A stretch of 63,947 nt of DNA, the filler included, from Licmophora abbreviata (Eukaryota), in NCBI GenBank assembly GCA_900291995.1. It is 8 parts of 8 records of this genome, joined end to end, with 100 filler letters (N's around TTAATTAATTAA, not from the genome) between each part and the next. Parts side by side here need not be neighbours in the genome. Positions count along the whole stretch, not along the records: positions 42,738 to 58,593 come from OLMU01002558.1; 7 more parts are not named here. The stretch is one strand, 5' to 3'. The stretch's first letter is position 1. Every line of letters starts with the position of its first letter. Positions 45,384 to 56,735 of the stretch are shown piece after piece. A program made the position numbers and the translations under genes. The notes under the pieces were generated by a model. That model made no database searches. It saw only the letters and a list, made by a program, of their open reading frames with translations, and was not told the origin of the DNA.

Positions 45384-47439
45384 TCATTCGAGGACATCGG
45401 GAAGCGGAACACGGGGCTTGCGAAGCCGACGGTAGTTGTAGTCATAGAATTGATCCAGATTGTTTGGATTCGCACTCACACGTCTACGTCCTCCAGAGAT
45501 ATTGTCCAGAGTCGATCCAAAGTCGTCAAACGTGTCAAAGTTCTGTGTCACTCGCTGCACGAGTTGTTTGAACTTGGGATGAGTTTTCGAACATGTCCTA
45601 TAACCGAAACAAAGTTGTTTAGATATTCGGTCGCACTTCTTCGGGATCTAGTCTTACTCGCGATAATCGTACTTACTTGAGATACTCTAACAGTTCCGGG
45701 AACTCGTGAGATCCTGCAGGGAGGAGCAGACCCTCCGAATCGTTTAGTCCGTCCCAGTCAAATCCCTGAAACCATGGGTGCCGGACAACCTGGCGGAACC
45801 CATTCTGATACTGAGTAGATTCTGCCGAGCCTCCGATTCGCGACTCAGGACCGGCCAGAAGACAGGATAGGAAATCAATGCATTCGGGCGACAGCTGGCC
45901 CTTTGTCTCAACAGGGATCTGAAGAATCGCACATCACGTTATGAGACGACAAGCTGCGATTCACTCGACACTTCATGTCACTGTTCTGAACTTACTTCCA
46001 GAGTCTGTCGCCATCGGAGAATCTTTCGACAAGTCGTCACGGGGTCCTCTGTAGTCGAAAGGCGGCCATGTTAGCAATATTCATCTTAACAGTCTTGAGC
46101 TGACAAATCATCCAACAGGCCGAGCAACATACCTGCATAGAATGGAGTGTAACCGACAAGACATTCGTACATGATAACGCCGAGCGACCACCAATCGACG
46201 GCGCACGTGTAGGAGTAGCCCGATGCTCCGTTCTGAGCCGCCAAGACCTCAGGCGCAATGTAGTCAGGCGTTCCAACCGTCGAGTACGCCATCTTTTTGC
46301 CGATTGACGAAAGTGAGAAAAAAGAATAAGTGACAAAGATGGACAATGATCCAGTCTTACTCCTGAGAACCCTTACCTCTCGCCTCGTCTTGCCGTCAAG
46401 CTGAGGAGGGCGACGTGCGCCAACTCCAGTCTCCGCCGGTGCTCCCTCGTCGATAGACATGGCCATGGAGTCCTTCTTGCTACGATGAGCACTAGGCGAA
46501 GCGCTAGCCCCTTCTCCCATGTGCGTCGCCATCCAGTCAGACGATTCCATGACAACATCGCCTCCCCGTCGCATCGTTTCTAGCACCACGTCCGGATGGT
46601 CGCCGGGGCTGACGTCGCCGACCTTCTTACACAACCCAAGATCTGTGAGCTTGAGGTGACCGCGTGCATCAAGAAGCATGTTATCCGGTTTAATATCGCG
46701 GTGTATATAGCCAAGGGAGTGGACACACGAAATGGCGTGGGCAGCCTCCGCCATGAAGAAGCGAGTGACGTGTTCCGAGAACGTATCTTCCTTCATGAGC
46801 AAGCTCATGAGATCTCCGCCCGGCATGTACTCCATAACCATGTAGAGGTGTGTATCGTCAGTGAATGAGTAATGGAGAGGAGTTAACCAGCGATTGTCGT
46901 CCTCGGCTTTGGCGAGAGCATCGCGCTCGGCCTTGACATGACCGACCTGGTTCTTCACAACCATTTGCTCCTTCTTCATGGACTTCAAGGCGTAGATCTG
47001 CCCAGCTTCCGGGTCGTTCTTGTTCATAGGTTTCTTGCGAACCAACCGAACCTCGCCGAAAGCACCACGACCAACCACAGCAAGACTTTCAAAATCGGTG
47101 GGCAAGATCTTCTTCCGAGATTCCTTTTGGAGCTGCACCTCCTCGCGCTCGAGAAAAGTGCGCATGTGGTGCTTCTTTTCCTCCGGCAAACCGATCATCT
47201 GTCTTTCCAACTGCATTTTTCTCATCTGTTTTGCTTCCTGAAGTGACGAGCAGAAAGTGTGAGCATGAAACGTTGAAAAAGACGGTGCATTGTTCTGTCC
47301 CACGAACCTGACTGTGTCGCAATCCAGTGTACCGCTGGCTGAGGAGATCCTTGGCCCGCTTGGCCTTCTCCTCCATCTCTCTGTCGGCAGCGGCCATCGC
47401 CTCATCATCTTGGGGAGCTGTTCGATCGTTTGATGACAT
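45384..47439 (-). CDS. NDR/LATS (Cbk1/Orb6-like) AGC Ser/Thr kinase, 6 exons
   Basis: MOB-binding N-terminal region, [24 protein letters not shown], an insert between subdomains VII and [55 protein letters not shown]. Confidence 0.92.
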
Positions 47440-48073
47440 GCTGGGCGTTTCAGTTGTCTCAGTGGATGTCCTAGGGCGATCCTCGAGCCAATCTTGGTCT
47501 GGCTTTTTGTTGTGGTCTTGCCAAGTATCATAATCGGCATCTCGCTCATCACAGCGCCGTCGAAATAGCCAAGTGGCTAAAAATGCAAAAATAATGTTTT
47601 CGGCTCGTTTTCGAGCATTTTTGCCAAACGTTTTGTGCATTTCGGTCGGGTAGGATAAGATGTACGTTCGTGCCGGCGCGCACACAGTAGGAATCCTTGT
47701 ATGATATTTTACGTATGTAGAAATTATGCAGACTTTCCTACTGCCACGAGGTTCCAAAGCTCTTCATGCACCCTGAAATGAGAGTTCGCACCTGTAGCGA
47801 AAACACAAATTGCTCGCAGAGCTCAGGTTCCGTAGCAGGTATGTACTTCAATCAATTCCACTGCATGGCATGATACACTTTGCAACATCATTGACTCGAT
47901 CATGCTAGACCCATGGCAGAGGGCAAACGAAACAAGAAGATCAAGCGACAAGCAAAACTGGTGGCATCGTCCACCGCGTGTTTCAACTTTCACAAAGGTA
48001 TTCCTCGAACACTGGAACAATGGACGAGGGATTCTAAATACTAGCCTTACTATTTTTAACATAAGTGCAGCAC

Positions 48074-48743
48074 TCATATTCGTTTTTCCGGAGGTCCCGT
48101 TTTGCTCGGGTAGACAACACCGTTGTCGGCCAATGGATTCGCATGAATCGTAACCTTTTCAATGACTGGCGGATTGATGGGTCGATGCGCTGCACTTTTC
48201 TTAGGTCCGCCCTGTACAGGAAGCCGTTCCATTTGATCCAAGACATCCCATCCATCTAGCATTCTCCCGAAAACTGTATAGACATTGTTGAGATGTGGCT
48301 GACGTTCGTATGTGATGAAAAACTGAGAGCGAGACGTATTGGGTCCTTTGTTGGCCATGCTGACTACCCCTCGCTTATCATGTCCATTATCAGGATGAAA
48401 TTCGTCTTCGAACGTTCCACCCCATATTGATTCTCCCCCTTTTCCAGTCCCTGTCATGGTGACGAAAGGACGTGTGACGACGAGAGAGTGAGAACGGAGG
48501 GAGCAGCACATGCACTCCCATGCACCACATACATCACACAAGGCAGGTCCTCTTTCCTCTGTCCTCTTTACCTGTCGGATCACCACCTTGTATCATAAAC
48601 CCGGACATGTTACGATGAAAGTTGGTGCCATTGTAGTCTCCCGACGCACAGAGCGCCAGAAAGTTGAAGGCCGTCCGCGGGGCCGTGTCGCAAAAGACCT
48701 CAATTTTGATGTCGCCCAAACTTGTATGCAGCGTCACCGACAT
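48074..48743 (-). CDS. PPIL3: Cyclophilin-type PPIase PPIL3/Cyp10 (intron ~48451-48570)
   Basis: [58 protein letters not shown]. Confidence 0.92.
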
Positions 48744-49043
48744 TCTTTTAGAGTAACCGAACAGCCAGCCTTCGATGAAATGAATATTGGCCAATGATGG
48801 ATGTGTTCAGGAGCGCATCCCCATTGTCACCATTTCTAAGAGCGTGTGTGAAAGTTGACCGAGCGATGAATGGCCATCATCACAGAAAAAGTCGCGCGTT
48901 GTGTTCGCGGTTAACGCGCGGTCTTGCCCGCGCTCGGGACTTTTTCGGCCGTCGGCCACCGTTTCGACAACGATGACCATGACGGCGAGCCGGTTCGACA
49001 TCAGAAAACAGTAGCAGCAACCATACGTCGGCACCAGCTATCT

Positions 49044-50826
49044 ATGCTGAAGCTAGTTGGACGACAAGCAAGCACCAGGCTGCTCCTACAGTCTCAAGGA
49101 AGGAAATTGAATCGACTGAGTTGCTTTCCAACAGCATCACGGTCCCTGACGTCGACGAAAGAGACTTCGTTTGACATTGCGAACGAACTTTCGAGAATAC
49201 TTCCTTTGCTGAAGATCTCCACCAATCCCTATGACCTTGAAGCTCATGGAAGGGGCGAGTCACATCATCCAACTGCGCCCCCGTCAGTGGTTGCGACTCC
49301 CGCCAATGTCGAGGAAGTTGTGGCGCTAGTTCAATTTTGTTCTCAACACCGAATTCCCATTGTTCCATATGGTGTTGGCACAAGTGTCGAGGGGCACGTC
49401 TGTGCGCTCCAAGGAGGGATCAGTTTGGACATGACAAGCTTGGATTTGATTCAAGTCGACCATAGTACAGTCATGCCAGATCCAGTCGTCAGGGTGGGTG
49501 CTGGCGTGACGCGAAAGAGACTCAACCAAGAACTGCGGTGAGTGATGAGTGAGGTCGTGACCAGTGAGACACCACATACTGGTATGTGTCACAACCAGAT
49601 CAGACATAACCATGTAATTGTGCCGACTCTGTGGTGACGCAGCTATACAGGTATGCAGTTTATGGTCGACCCTGGAGCAGACGCTACTATTGGCGGCATG
49701 GTTGGTAAGTGTCTCAGGTGATGTTGATCGCCACAGAGTGCTGTCAGATTTCGTTAGCGGGCTGTGCTACACCCAACGATCTATTCACGACGCCTCGCAC
49801 TCTGTCGTTATGTGTCTTTTCAAAAGCCTGTGGAGCATCCGGAACGACAGCAGTCAAGTATGGCACCATGAGAGAAAACATCCTGGGTTGGAATGTGTTT
49901 TGCCTGATGGAACAGTCGCTCATTGCGGCACACGTGCTCTCAAGTCCTCTGCGGGGTACGATCTAACCTCGCTCATGACGGGATCAGAGGGAACCTTGGG
50001 AGTGATTACGAGTGTTCTAGTGAGACTTCATCCTATTCCGGAACACGTCATGGCCGCCATTTGTGTCTTTAACACTTTGCACCACGCCGCCGAGGCAGTC
50101 GCTGCAGTGAAACTCAGCGGTGTACCGATCGCCCGATGCGAGCTACTTGATGAGGCCAGCGTTGCTGCCTTCAATAATTACATAGAGTTGCATAAGAGCG
50201 AAACTGGCATGCCGGCAGCCATGGACGAAAAGCCGACTTTGTTCTTTGAGTTTCATGGAGCGAGTGCCACAGCGGTACAGGATCAGGTTACCATGACGGA
50301 ATCGTTGTGTACGGAAGAGTACGCTGGGTCCGACTTTCGATTTACGTCGGGAGAGCATGAACGAAAGGCACTGTGGTCAGCTCGCCACAATCTCTACTAT
50401 GCTTCCTTGGCATTGCGACCCGGTGCCACCACCCGGAACTGCGTCCTCACGGATGCATGTGTGCCGCTGTCGAAGTTTGCAGATCTGATATCGGAAACTG
50501 CCCGAGATGTACAAGAGCTTGGCGTCGTCGGTCCCTGTTTTGGCCATGCAGGTGACGGTAACTTCCACTGCATTCTTCCCGTATTGGAGACTGACCCAGA
50601 TGCGTACGTGTCACGAGTGCACCAAGTAAATGACAATCTGATTCGTCGAACGCTCGAGGCTGGGGGAACCTGCACAGGCGAGCACGGTGTGGGATACGGT
50701 AAAACCAAGTATTTGGAGGCACAGTATGGCAGCGGAGCTGTTTCAATGATGCAGAGAGTGAAAGATGCCTTGGACCCACTAGGCATAATGAACCCAGGGA
50801 AGGTGGTGCCCCAAAAGCGCGTGTAA
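49044..50826 (+). CDS. Mitochondrial FAD-linked D-lactate dehydrogenase (DLD1/LDHD-like) with an apparent 1-nt frameshift near 49888 (exons 49044-49537, 49643-49704, 49827-50826)
   Basis: PYGVGTSVEGH, VDPGADATIGGM, SGTTAVKYGTMRENILG, KSSAGYDL..GSEGTLG, GHAGDGNFH, GTCTGEHGVG, LDPLGIMNPGK. Confidence 0.9.
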
Positions 50827-51234
50827 GAGCTCGACTCACGAGGTATCATAACTCCCATAGACAATTTCTAGATGGCACTTAGGAGAATAGGAACCAGACT
50901 GTGGGGTTGCCGTGTCATGGCGCGAAAACGCGTTCAAACACGAGAAGGCGGCGAGCGCTCTGATCTGCGAGCTCCGCCGTAGTGTTGTCGCGGCGGCGAT
51001 GTGGCTGCGCTGACGCGCACGGCATAAATTATTCTTTGACGTGATGATGCGATTGTCAATTGTGGCTTGCAACGAATACTAACCGACGCCCACTTTGAAT
51101 GTGAACGACCGAGTAGCTGCGGTTTCTCTCTTCTTTGCTGGAAGGCGGTGCTCTTTTTTTGCGAGCTGGAGAGTTGCCGAGCTGAAATAAAGAACTTCGT
51201 GACGAGATTCAACTCATCAGCTGTGTCGAGGACG

Positions 51235-54114
51235 ATGGATTCAGAACATCACTTGGACCGCGTGGTGATTGACTTGGAGGTCGACTCAGGCCCGGGTGTA
51301 ATCGATGCTGATAATCTAGCTTTCATTGAATCGAACAGCGCAGATGGCGACGTTACGAACATGGATATTGCGCCTGAAATTTCACCAGGACTCGACACCA
51401 AGGAGCTGGACATTCCAGAGGTTTCAGTCGAGCAGGCAGCGCGGCGAAAGTGTCGTGCTAAACTCCGCCGCATGCTGCGTCCAGGGGCAAAACCATCATT
51501 TCTAGCCCTCATATCTCCGGACGAAAGGTCGAATTCGGATAGCGAAGTGGAAGTACGAATTGATGTGGACGAGTATCTCGGTCTGAAGCCAACGATTTCA
51601 CATCCGGCGTCCGACGGAGAGGACAAAAAGCCCGCGGCCGTCGATTCGACGCGTCCATCTGATGAAGGCTGGTACGAAGGCGTCGTTCCCTTGTCTTTGC
51701 CCGGTGAAAAGCAGTATCTGAATGAACTGCATCGGTTCATACGGTCACATCTTGAACTCTTCAGCGCCACTCAACAAGATATTGCGGTGAGCTTGCCAGG
51801 TCGACGGACTCCCACTGTGCTTGGGAAGGTTGGGATGAGATGTATCCATTGCGCCAGGGCAGCAAAAGAATCCAATTTGAAGCCTGATTTTAAGACGTGG
51901 CCTGCGGGCTCAGTCTCGTATCCCATCAACATTGCTGGCATCTATCCAGTTTGTGCATCGAAACCAAGCTTGCACTTTGAAAAGTGTCCGCGTTTCCCCA
52001 TGGAGTGCAAAGCCGATCTGTACAGGCTGACTCACGATGAGAATGGGACGACGAAGCGTCAAAGGAAGGTCGGTCCCGGTGACTCCAGAGGAGCTGTCGG
52101 CACAGGAATGTACTATTCAATAGCGGCAAAACAGCTAGGACTCGTAGACGTGAAGGGAGGGATTCGATTCGGGCGCGATCTTACGTTGGAACCGCTGCAT
52201 ATGGAGACTGTTCGCGCTCAGATCGAACACAATCAGACGACGTATCGTCGGCCCTGGGTTCAGTCGCCGGAAAGGCCCGACGCTATCATCTCCACTGAGC
52301 CGAGAATCACCGCAGACGAGGCATCCGAGCGTGTCCTCGCGGCTGCGGTCGCCGAGAAAGATGACGAGGATCAACTGGTGGCGCTATCTTCGGATAACAA
52401 TTTGGTAACTGATTTTATGTTTCTCTGCGTTCGCCAGATGGCTCTTTGCTATGCCGACGAGGCTGACTTTGAAACGCGCGGCAAAAAGACCAAGTCGATG
52501 CGAGTCGGATTTGCTGGGTTTTGCTGTCGGCACTGCGCGGTAGATGCCAATTCCGACAACCCCAAGTATCGGACGACGAACTTCACATGTCGCTCATTTT
52601 CGTCAGCTCCGGATAATCTGGCGTCGGCGATCTCGAATTCTTTCTACGCCCACCTTGACAAGTGCTCCAACGTACCCCTTGAACTAAAGCGAGCTATGGG
52701 TACCTACAAGAAGCTTCACCATCGTCAGATGCGCCAGCTACCATATGGGGCGCAGCGACGATTGTTTCACCTCCTGTGGTCTCGCCTGAGGGCGAGGGAC
52801 TTGACTGCCGAAGAGATGACCGAAAGAAGGAAGAATGCGCCGCCGATCCCCCCAGTTGACAAGCACATGGACGGGGACGGGGAAGGAGCTGCGGGCGTCC
52901 CTTCTCGTTTCGCGGGCCCGAAACCAGACATTGTCTCTTCATTTGAAGAGGACTTGTCCAATTGGACACGTCCGGCCAACTTTCCAGTAACAAGTGACGA
53001 AATGACAAGGAAGATGCTCCTGCAGGCCGAAACTGACGAGGAGACAAAATCAGGCGACTCGCTATTGCTACCCTCCGATAGGCCTTTGATCTCTGACTTT
53101 GTCTTTCTCATGATGAAACAGGTCAAGGTCGCCCACCCAACAGTTCTCGACTTTGTTCATGGGAAGAGAAGCACGGTGCTCAGCACGTCGCAACCTGGAC
53201 TTCGTTGTAAGTACTGTATGCACGAAGATCCACGGTTCACGACGAAGGGACGCTCCTTTCCTTCGCAGCCCGACAACATTGCATCGACTCTGAATTCTTC
53301 CATGTACCAGCACATGCAGAAATGTCAACTCGTACCAGATGAGCTCAAACGAGCCTTGACGAATCTCAAGAAGATTCATAGCACGCAGATATCGAGATTA
53401 CGATTCGGAGCTCAGCGCCGATTCTTCAATATTCTATTCGATCGACTGACCGCACTCAAAATTGAAGGGGATGAAGATGACTCGGACGGGGCAAGGGGAA
53501 CGGGGGTAGACAATGCTCTTGAACGAAATGGATTCATCTGCACTGTTGGGGAATGTTTTGAATGTCAGCACTGTCGAATGGTACCGTATGCTCTCCGTGC
53601 CGGAGATTCATTCTCTCTCACACGACCGACTATCGATTTTACGAGTGGTCATCGCGAACGTTGCGCAAAAAGTTCGTTCAATCTGTCGTCCGTCGTGGAA
53701 GCTCTTTCGCATGCAGTCCTCCTCTTTCCTGAAATCATACAAGACCATGTGATGTCAAAGAGTTTCGAGGACGTCGTCAAGGAGGCAGTTGGTGGCGACG
53801 AACAGTTGTGCGAGATATTTACGACTCATACCGTGCAGTTTCTTGGAAAGAAGGATGATGTGGAAGCGACACGTCGGCTTGTGATTGATGTCAAGGCTAA
53901 ATCGAAGGGTTTATGGGCTCAGTTTCCTTCGTCCGTGGATACCGACAGAGTCCTGAAGGCGTTGGAAGCTTTCTTGAGTACCTCAACATCACCGAGATCA
54001 AACCTGTTAGAGAAAAAGCCGCTGGTGCGGTTCTTGCAGCTGATCTCGCCGGCTCTTGTCATCGACGAAACAAGCCCCGCTGAAAGGACCGAACGACGCG
54101 GAAAGGACGACTAG
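51235..54114 (+). CDS. Diatom-type protein with three tandem Cys/His (CxxC...H..KC) domains plus a fourth CxxC module
   Basis: GKVGMRCIHCA...HFEKCP, GFCCRHCA...HLDKCSNVP, GLRCKYC...HMQKCQLVP, with repeated GAQRR.F. Intronless ~960 aa. Confidence 0.8.
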   Translation: MDSEHHLDRVVIDLEVDSGPGVIDADNLAFIESNSADGDVTNMDIAPEISPGLDTKELDIPEVSVEQAARRKCRAKLRRMLRPGAKPSFLALISPDERSNSDSEVEVRIDVDEYLGLKPTISHPASDGEDKKPAAVDSTRPSDEGWYEGVVPLSLPGEKQYLNELHRFIRSHLELFSATQQDIAVSLPGRRTPTVLGKVGMRCIHCARAAKESNLKPDFKTWPAGSVSYPINIAGIYPVCASKPSLHFEKCPRFPMECKADLYRLTHDENGTTKRQRKVGPGDSRGAVGTGMYYSIAAKQLGLVDVKGGIRFGRDLTLEPLHMETVRAQIEHNQTTYRRPWVQSPERPDAIISTEPRITADEASERVLAAAVAEKDDEDQLVALSSDNNLVTDFMFLCVRQMALCYADEADFETRGKKTKSMRVGFAGFCCRHCAVDANSDNPKYRTTNFTCRSFSSAPDNLASAISNSFYAHLDKCSNVPLELKRAMGTYKKLHHRQMRQLPYGAQRRLFHLLWSRLRARDLTAEEMTERRKNAPPIPPVDKHMDGDGEGAAGVPSRFAGPKPDIVSSFEEDLSNWTRPANFPVTSDEMTRKMLLQAETDEETKSGDSLLLPSDRPLISDFVFLMMKQVKVAHPTVLDFVHGKRSTVLSTSQPGLRCKYCMHEDPRFTTKGRSFPSQPDNIASTLNSSMYQHMQKCQLVPDELKRALTNLKKIHSTQISRLRFGAQRRFFNILFDRLTALKIEGDEDDSDGARGTGVDNALERNGFICTVGECFECQHCRMVPYALRAGDSFSLTRPTIDFTSGHRERCAKSSFNLSSVVEALSHAVLLFPEIIQDHVMSKSFEDVVKEAVGGDEQLCEIFTTHTVQFLGKKDDVEATRRLVIDVKAKSKGLWAQFPSSVDTDRVLKALEAFLSTSTSPRSNLLEKKPLVRFLQLISPALVIDETSPAERTERRGKDD

Positions 54115-54176
54115 CAATACTGACAAGACAGAGTCATCAGCTTAGTTCATACTAGTAGCACGTGTTGTAAGTGTTT

Positions 54177-54971
54177 TTAAAGCTTGCCATACGATTCCAT
54201 GATGTCGTCGAACGTGCGCTTGAGCCCATCGTAGCGTGATTCAGGCGTTTGCGCAGTCAGTGTCACCAGTACTGCTCCGGCCCCACCGGTCGCACCCTGC
54301 GCCAAGGAGAATACCGACCGAAAATGGGTGAGCGGCTGTCCCCCTGCCTCAGCTTTGTAGTCGAAAAAGTATGCATTCTTCTTGCTTTCAGCCTTGAGTA
54401 GTTCGCTCTTTGATTCTTCGCCTGCTAGCTCTCCTTTCGGCAAGATTGTAGATTGGGCCACCTGGTCCACAGTCCCGAAGGAAGACAGCGACGTGTAGTC
54501 GTCTCGAATAGGTGTGTAGGCCACAAACAACAGCGTCTTTTCATCAGCCGGGTCTTGAAATAACAAGAGCTTGCGTCGATCGGGTAGTTTCTGCTCAGTC
54601 TGCTTCCAGTCCGAGGGAATCGAAATCTGAAAGCCACAGTCTGTGTCCTGAAAGGATCTTAGCTTGGAAGTCTCGAGGGCTACAGACACATCTGGGAGAG
54701 TCGACAGAAAGATCGCCCCTGTGGTGGCAGCCGCAGTCGTCGATAACAAGGACCGACGAGACAGAAACGATGCATGGGCACTCGGAACATCGCCAGATTC
54801 TTCGAGAGAGGACATGCAAAGCTGGCTCCGAGACAAGGCGCTGCTACTCTGTGTCTGCGAAATTCTGGAGTGACCTGGAACAAAGGCCGTCGCTGCGTCG
54901 TGAAAAGCGATGAACGCGATGGCAAGCCACACTCCCATCTGGCATGGAGCTGAGACACTGCGGAACACCAT
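54177..54971 (-). CDS. PsbP-domain thylakoid lumen protein
   Basis: Signal peptide ATAF, Tat SRRSLL...SVA, GFQISIPSDW, DYTSLSSFG, LTAQTPESRY...IMESY. Confidence 0.88.
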   Translation of the reverse strand: MVFRSVSAPCQMGVWLAIAFIAFHDAATAFVPGHSRISQTQSSSALSRSQLCMSSLEESGDVPSAHASFLSRRSLLSTTAAATTGAIFLSTLPDVSVALETSKLRSFQDTDCGFQISIPSDWKQTEQKLPDRRKLLLFQDPADEKTLLFVAYTPIRDDYTSLSSFGTVDQVAQSTILPKGELAGEESKSELLKAESKKNAYFFDYKAEAGGQPLTHFRSVFSLAQGATGGAGAVLVTLTAQTPESRYDGLKRTFDDIMESYGKL

Positions 54972-55104
54972 GGTCGTCGGTCTTCCACAGAGAGTTCTGA
55001 CTGTAGCGAGAGAGTTGAAGTGCAGATGATTGCTGCATCAGCACATGTTCAAAATGGCACCACGTGGCTCCAAGATGTCGGCGCCGCGGCGTAGTGTTGT
55101 GACT

Positions 55105-55139
55105 TTTTTTGATTTTTGGATTTTGGATTTTTGGATCTT
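55105..55139. repeat. Short (TTTT[T]GGA)-type tandem repeat in the divergent PsbP/p24 promoter
   Basis: ttttttgatttttggattttggatttttggatc. Confidence 0.6.
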
Positions 55140-55206
55140 TGCAATGCATGCCGAGTCGCGCGAAAATGGTCGACGCGCATCCCACCCAAAATCTGCGACG
55201 ACCACA

Positions 55207-55673
55207 ATGACCATGGGAATCATGAAGACAGTCCTGGGGACGTGTCTGGCGTTCCTGTCGCTGACAGCGGCTATTCCTCTACAAGTAACGATCAATCAAA
55301 GAGGAGAGCAGTGCCTCTTTGAGAAATTAGAGAAAGGGTAAGAAACAAACGCTTCGATGCCGTCGATCTCTTCGTGCGTGCACATAAGAACCAGCCGTCG
55401 TTGCTGCTGCACTTCAAACCACAAACTCACTGCATTCAAATCACCCCGTCGAATTCTCGTTACAGTGAAAGTGTAACGCAGAGTGTCTTTATTTTGTCGG
55501 GTGCCGAGCTTCGAGCTGTGGCCACGCTGGAAGGACCGATCGCTCCGCCTGAAGCCGAGACCGGACTAGAGATACAAGAGGCAATGGACAAGCTAAAAGC
55601 ATCCAACACATACAGCCAATGGAAGAGCATAGAAGAGGTCGTAGACTTTGAGCACTTTAAGGCTGATATTGAA

Positions 55674-55705
<32 letters not shown>

Positions 55706-56400
55706 CGAGGCGGATCCTGAGGTGGACGATTCCGTCAAGGCCGAGCGGCGACGCAAGAGAGCCATTGCCAATCGACACAAGGCAAAAGAAAAGAGAATGA
55801 AGCAAGAGCGAATGATGAAAGACACGCAGAGTAAAATTCAGGATGAAGGCGAGCCCTATCAAGCTACGATCGAGGCATACGCCGCGGGGTGGTTCCGAGC
55901 TTGCGTTCGCGGGAGTTGGTACCAAGTAAGTCAGTTTTCAGCACACCACATGACCCACCAGCCGTCGCCATACTTCTGACGCGTTTACTCACAGTTTTTC
56001 CATTCCGTAGATTGTAGTTGAAATGGAAATGCGCAAAGCAAGTGAATTAGGCGGAATCGATAAGAAAACCGGTCATGTCTATACGTACGAATCCAAGGCC
56101 GTCATGGACGAGGAGCGGCTCTTGGCCGAGGACAGTGCTACGGAAGAAGGCATCAAGGACGAAGACTTTGAGTCAACTCGAGCCATGCTGGGTAAACTGC
56201 GCCGGCTGCTCTCAGAGATTCAGACCAAGCAGACCGCTGAGCGGCGTAGACTGGTGGTGCACGCAAAGACGAATGAGCATTCGCACTCCCGAATGGTATT
56301 GAGTTCGCTGCTGGAGACCGTTCTGTTCATGGTAGTAACAGGGTTCCAAGTGTATACAATCCGAAAATGGTTCAGTGGGGCTCCAGTGCTAGGCAGGTAA
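55207..56400 (+). CDS. emp24/gp25L/p24 (GOLD) cargo receptor, 3 exons, with a charged insertion
   Basis: Signal peptide, EQCLFEKL, GWFRACV, coiled coil ...HAKTNEHSHSRMV, TM helix, GFQVYTIRKWF. Confidence 0.85.
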
Positions 56401-56735
56401 CAAAGTCGCTTCGAGCAAAGTAGAGTAAGGCGGCATCATGAATCTAACTAAACGACAGATTTGGTGAACTCAATAGATTTACATTAGAGGTGGGAATGAA
56501 CAAAAGACGACATCAGAGGAAAAAGGTGCCTGCGTCGAGGAAAAATCAAATCGTCCCGATAAACAGGTAATGTAGATAGCGCGGGATATATCTTGAGGAT
56601 TGTTTGATGAGTGCGTTCTTGTGTTCGAACGGAATAGTGGTATCTGGTGGTGCACTTGGGAGGCGAACAAAATTGGAACAAAATTTACGCACAGGGCGAG
56701 TTCCTCCCTGCAAGCCATGATTTGGCATTCTATAC

